The notes beneath the pieces are model-generated. The model had not been told where the DNA came from. It made no database searches and saw only the letters and a program-made list of their open reading frames with translations. Made by a program: the position numbers and the translations under genes. From a virus, in UHGV virus genome UHGV-0229283: 64,000 nt of DNA. One strand, given 5' to 3'. This document shows, piece by piece, positions 63,984-64,000 of the stretch. Position 1 is the stretch's first letter; every line of letters starts with the position of its first letter.

Positions 63984-64000
63984 CTCTTGGTTCGATAAAA

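Overview
This 64-kb window looks like a contiguous stretch of a virulent tailed dsDNA phage genome. The likely host is an enterobacterium carrying a type I-E CRISPR system.

Coding is dense and leftward (minus strand) over 1-16.7 kb and 37.5-64 kb. Rightward blocks lie at 16.8-25.1 kb, 26.2-35.8 kb and 42.0-43.5 kb. Genes are tightly packed, with many ATGA/TAATG overlaps and several GTG/TTG starts.

Recognisable genes:
- a class Ia ribonucleotide reductase operon: nrdA, nrdB and an NrdH-like glutaredoxin
- a ThyX-like thymidylate synthase, a dNMP kinase and two HAD-type nucleotidases
- PhoH, a GH19 endolysin, a ClpP-family protease, an N6-adenine methyltransferase and an HNH-AP2 homing endonuclease
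- a CCA-adding enzyme, a Pol-beta-superfamily nucleotidyltransferase, a Pth2-like protein and an Rnl2-type RNA ligase
- a macro-domain protein, a MoxR-like AAA+ ATPase and a SpoT-HD (p)ppGpp hydrolase
- a Dda-like helicase, a GHKL/Hsp90-like ATPase, a VWA plus Zn-metallopeptidase protein and a T5orf172 protein
- an IS200/IS605-family TnpB

Two things stand out. First, directly upstream of tnpB and co-oriented with it sits a three-repeat, two-spacer mini-CRISPR array with 29-bp type I-E-like repeats. It has its own sigma70 promoter overlapped by a perfect palindrome.

Second, an ~12-kb block (about 25.6-37.4 kb) appears richer in G+C than its surroundings. It carries about 27 small genes of unknown function that share a private regulatory grammar. 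That grammar has four parts: a repeated promoter, a conserved AGGTAAA ribosome-binding site, a recurring CCGGGGAATTNTCCCCGG hairpin, and Fur-box-like 15-bp palindromes (TGAGAAT-N-ATTCTCA) at both edges and inside.

Large repeat-rich non-coding regions at 25.06-25.56 kb and 35.8-37.4 kb are candidate origin or regulatory RNA regions. No tRNA or rRNA was recognised.

CDS coordinates follow the supplied ORF track; where a start has been revised it is placed by codon offset from the ORF-track coordinate. Coordinates of other elements were counted by hand and may be off by 1-2 nt. All function calls rest on motifs visible in the translations, not on database searches.
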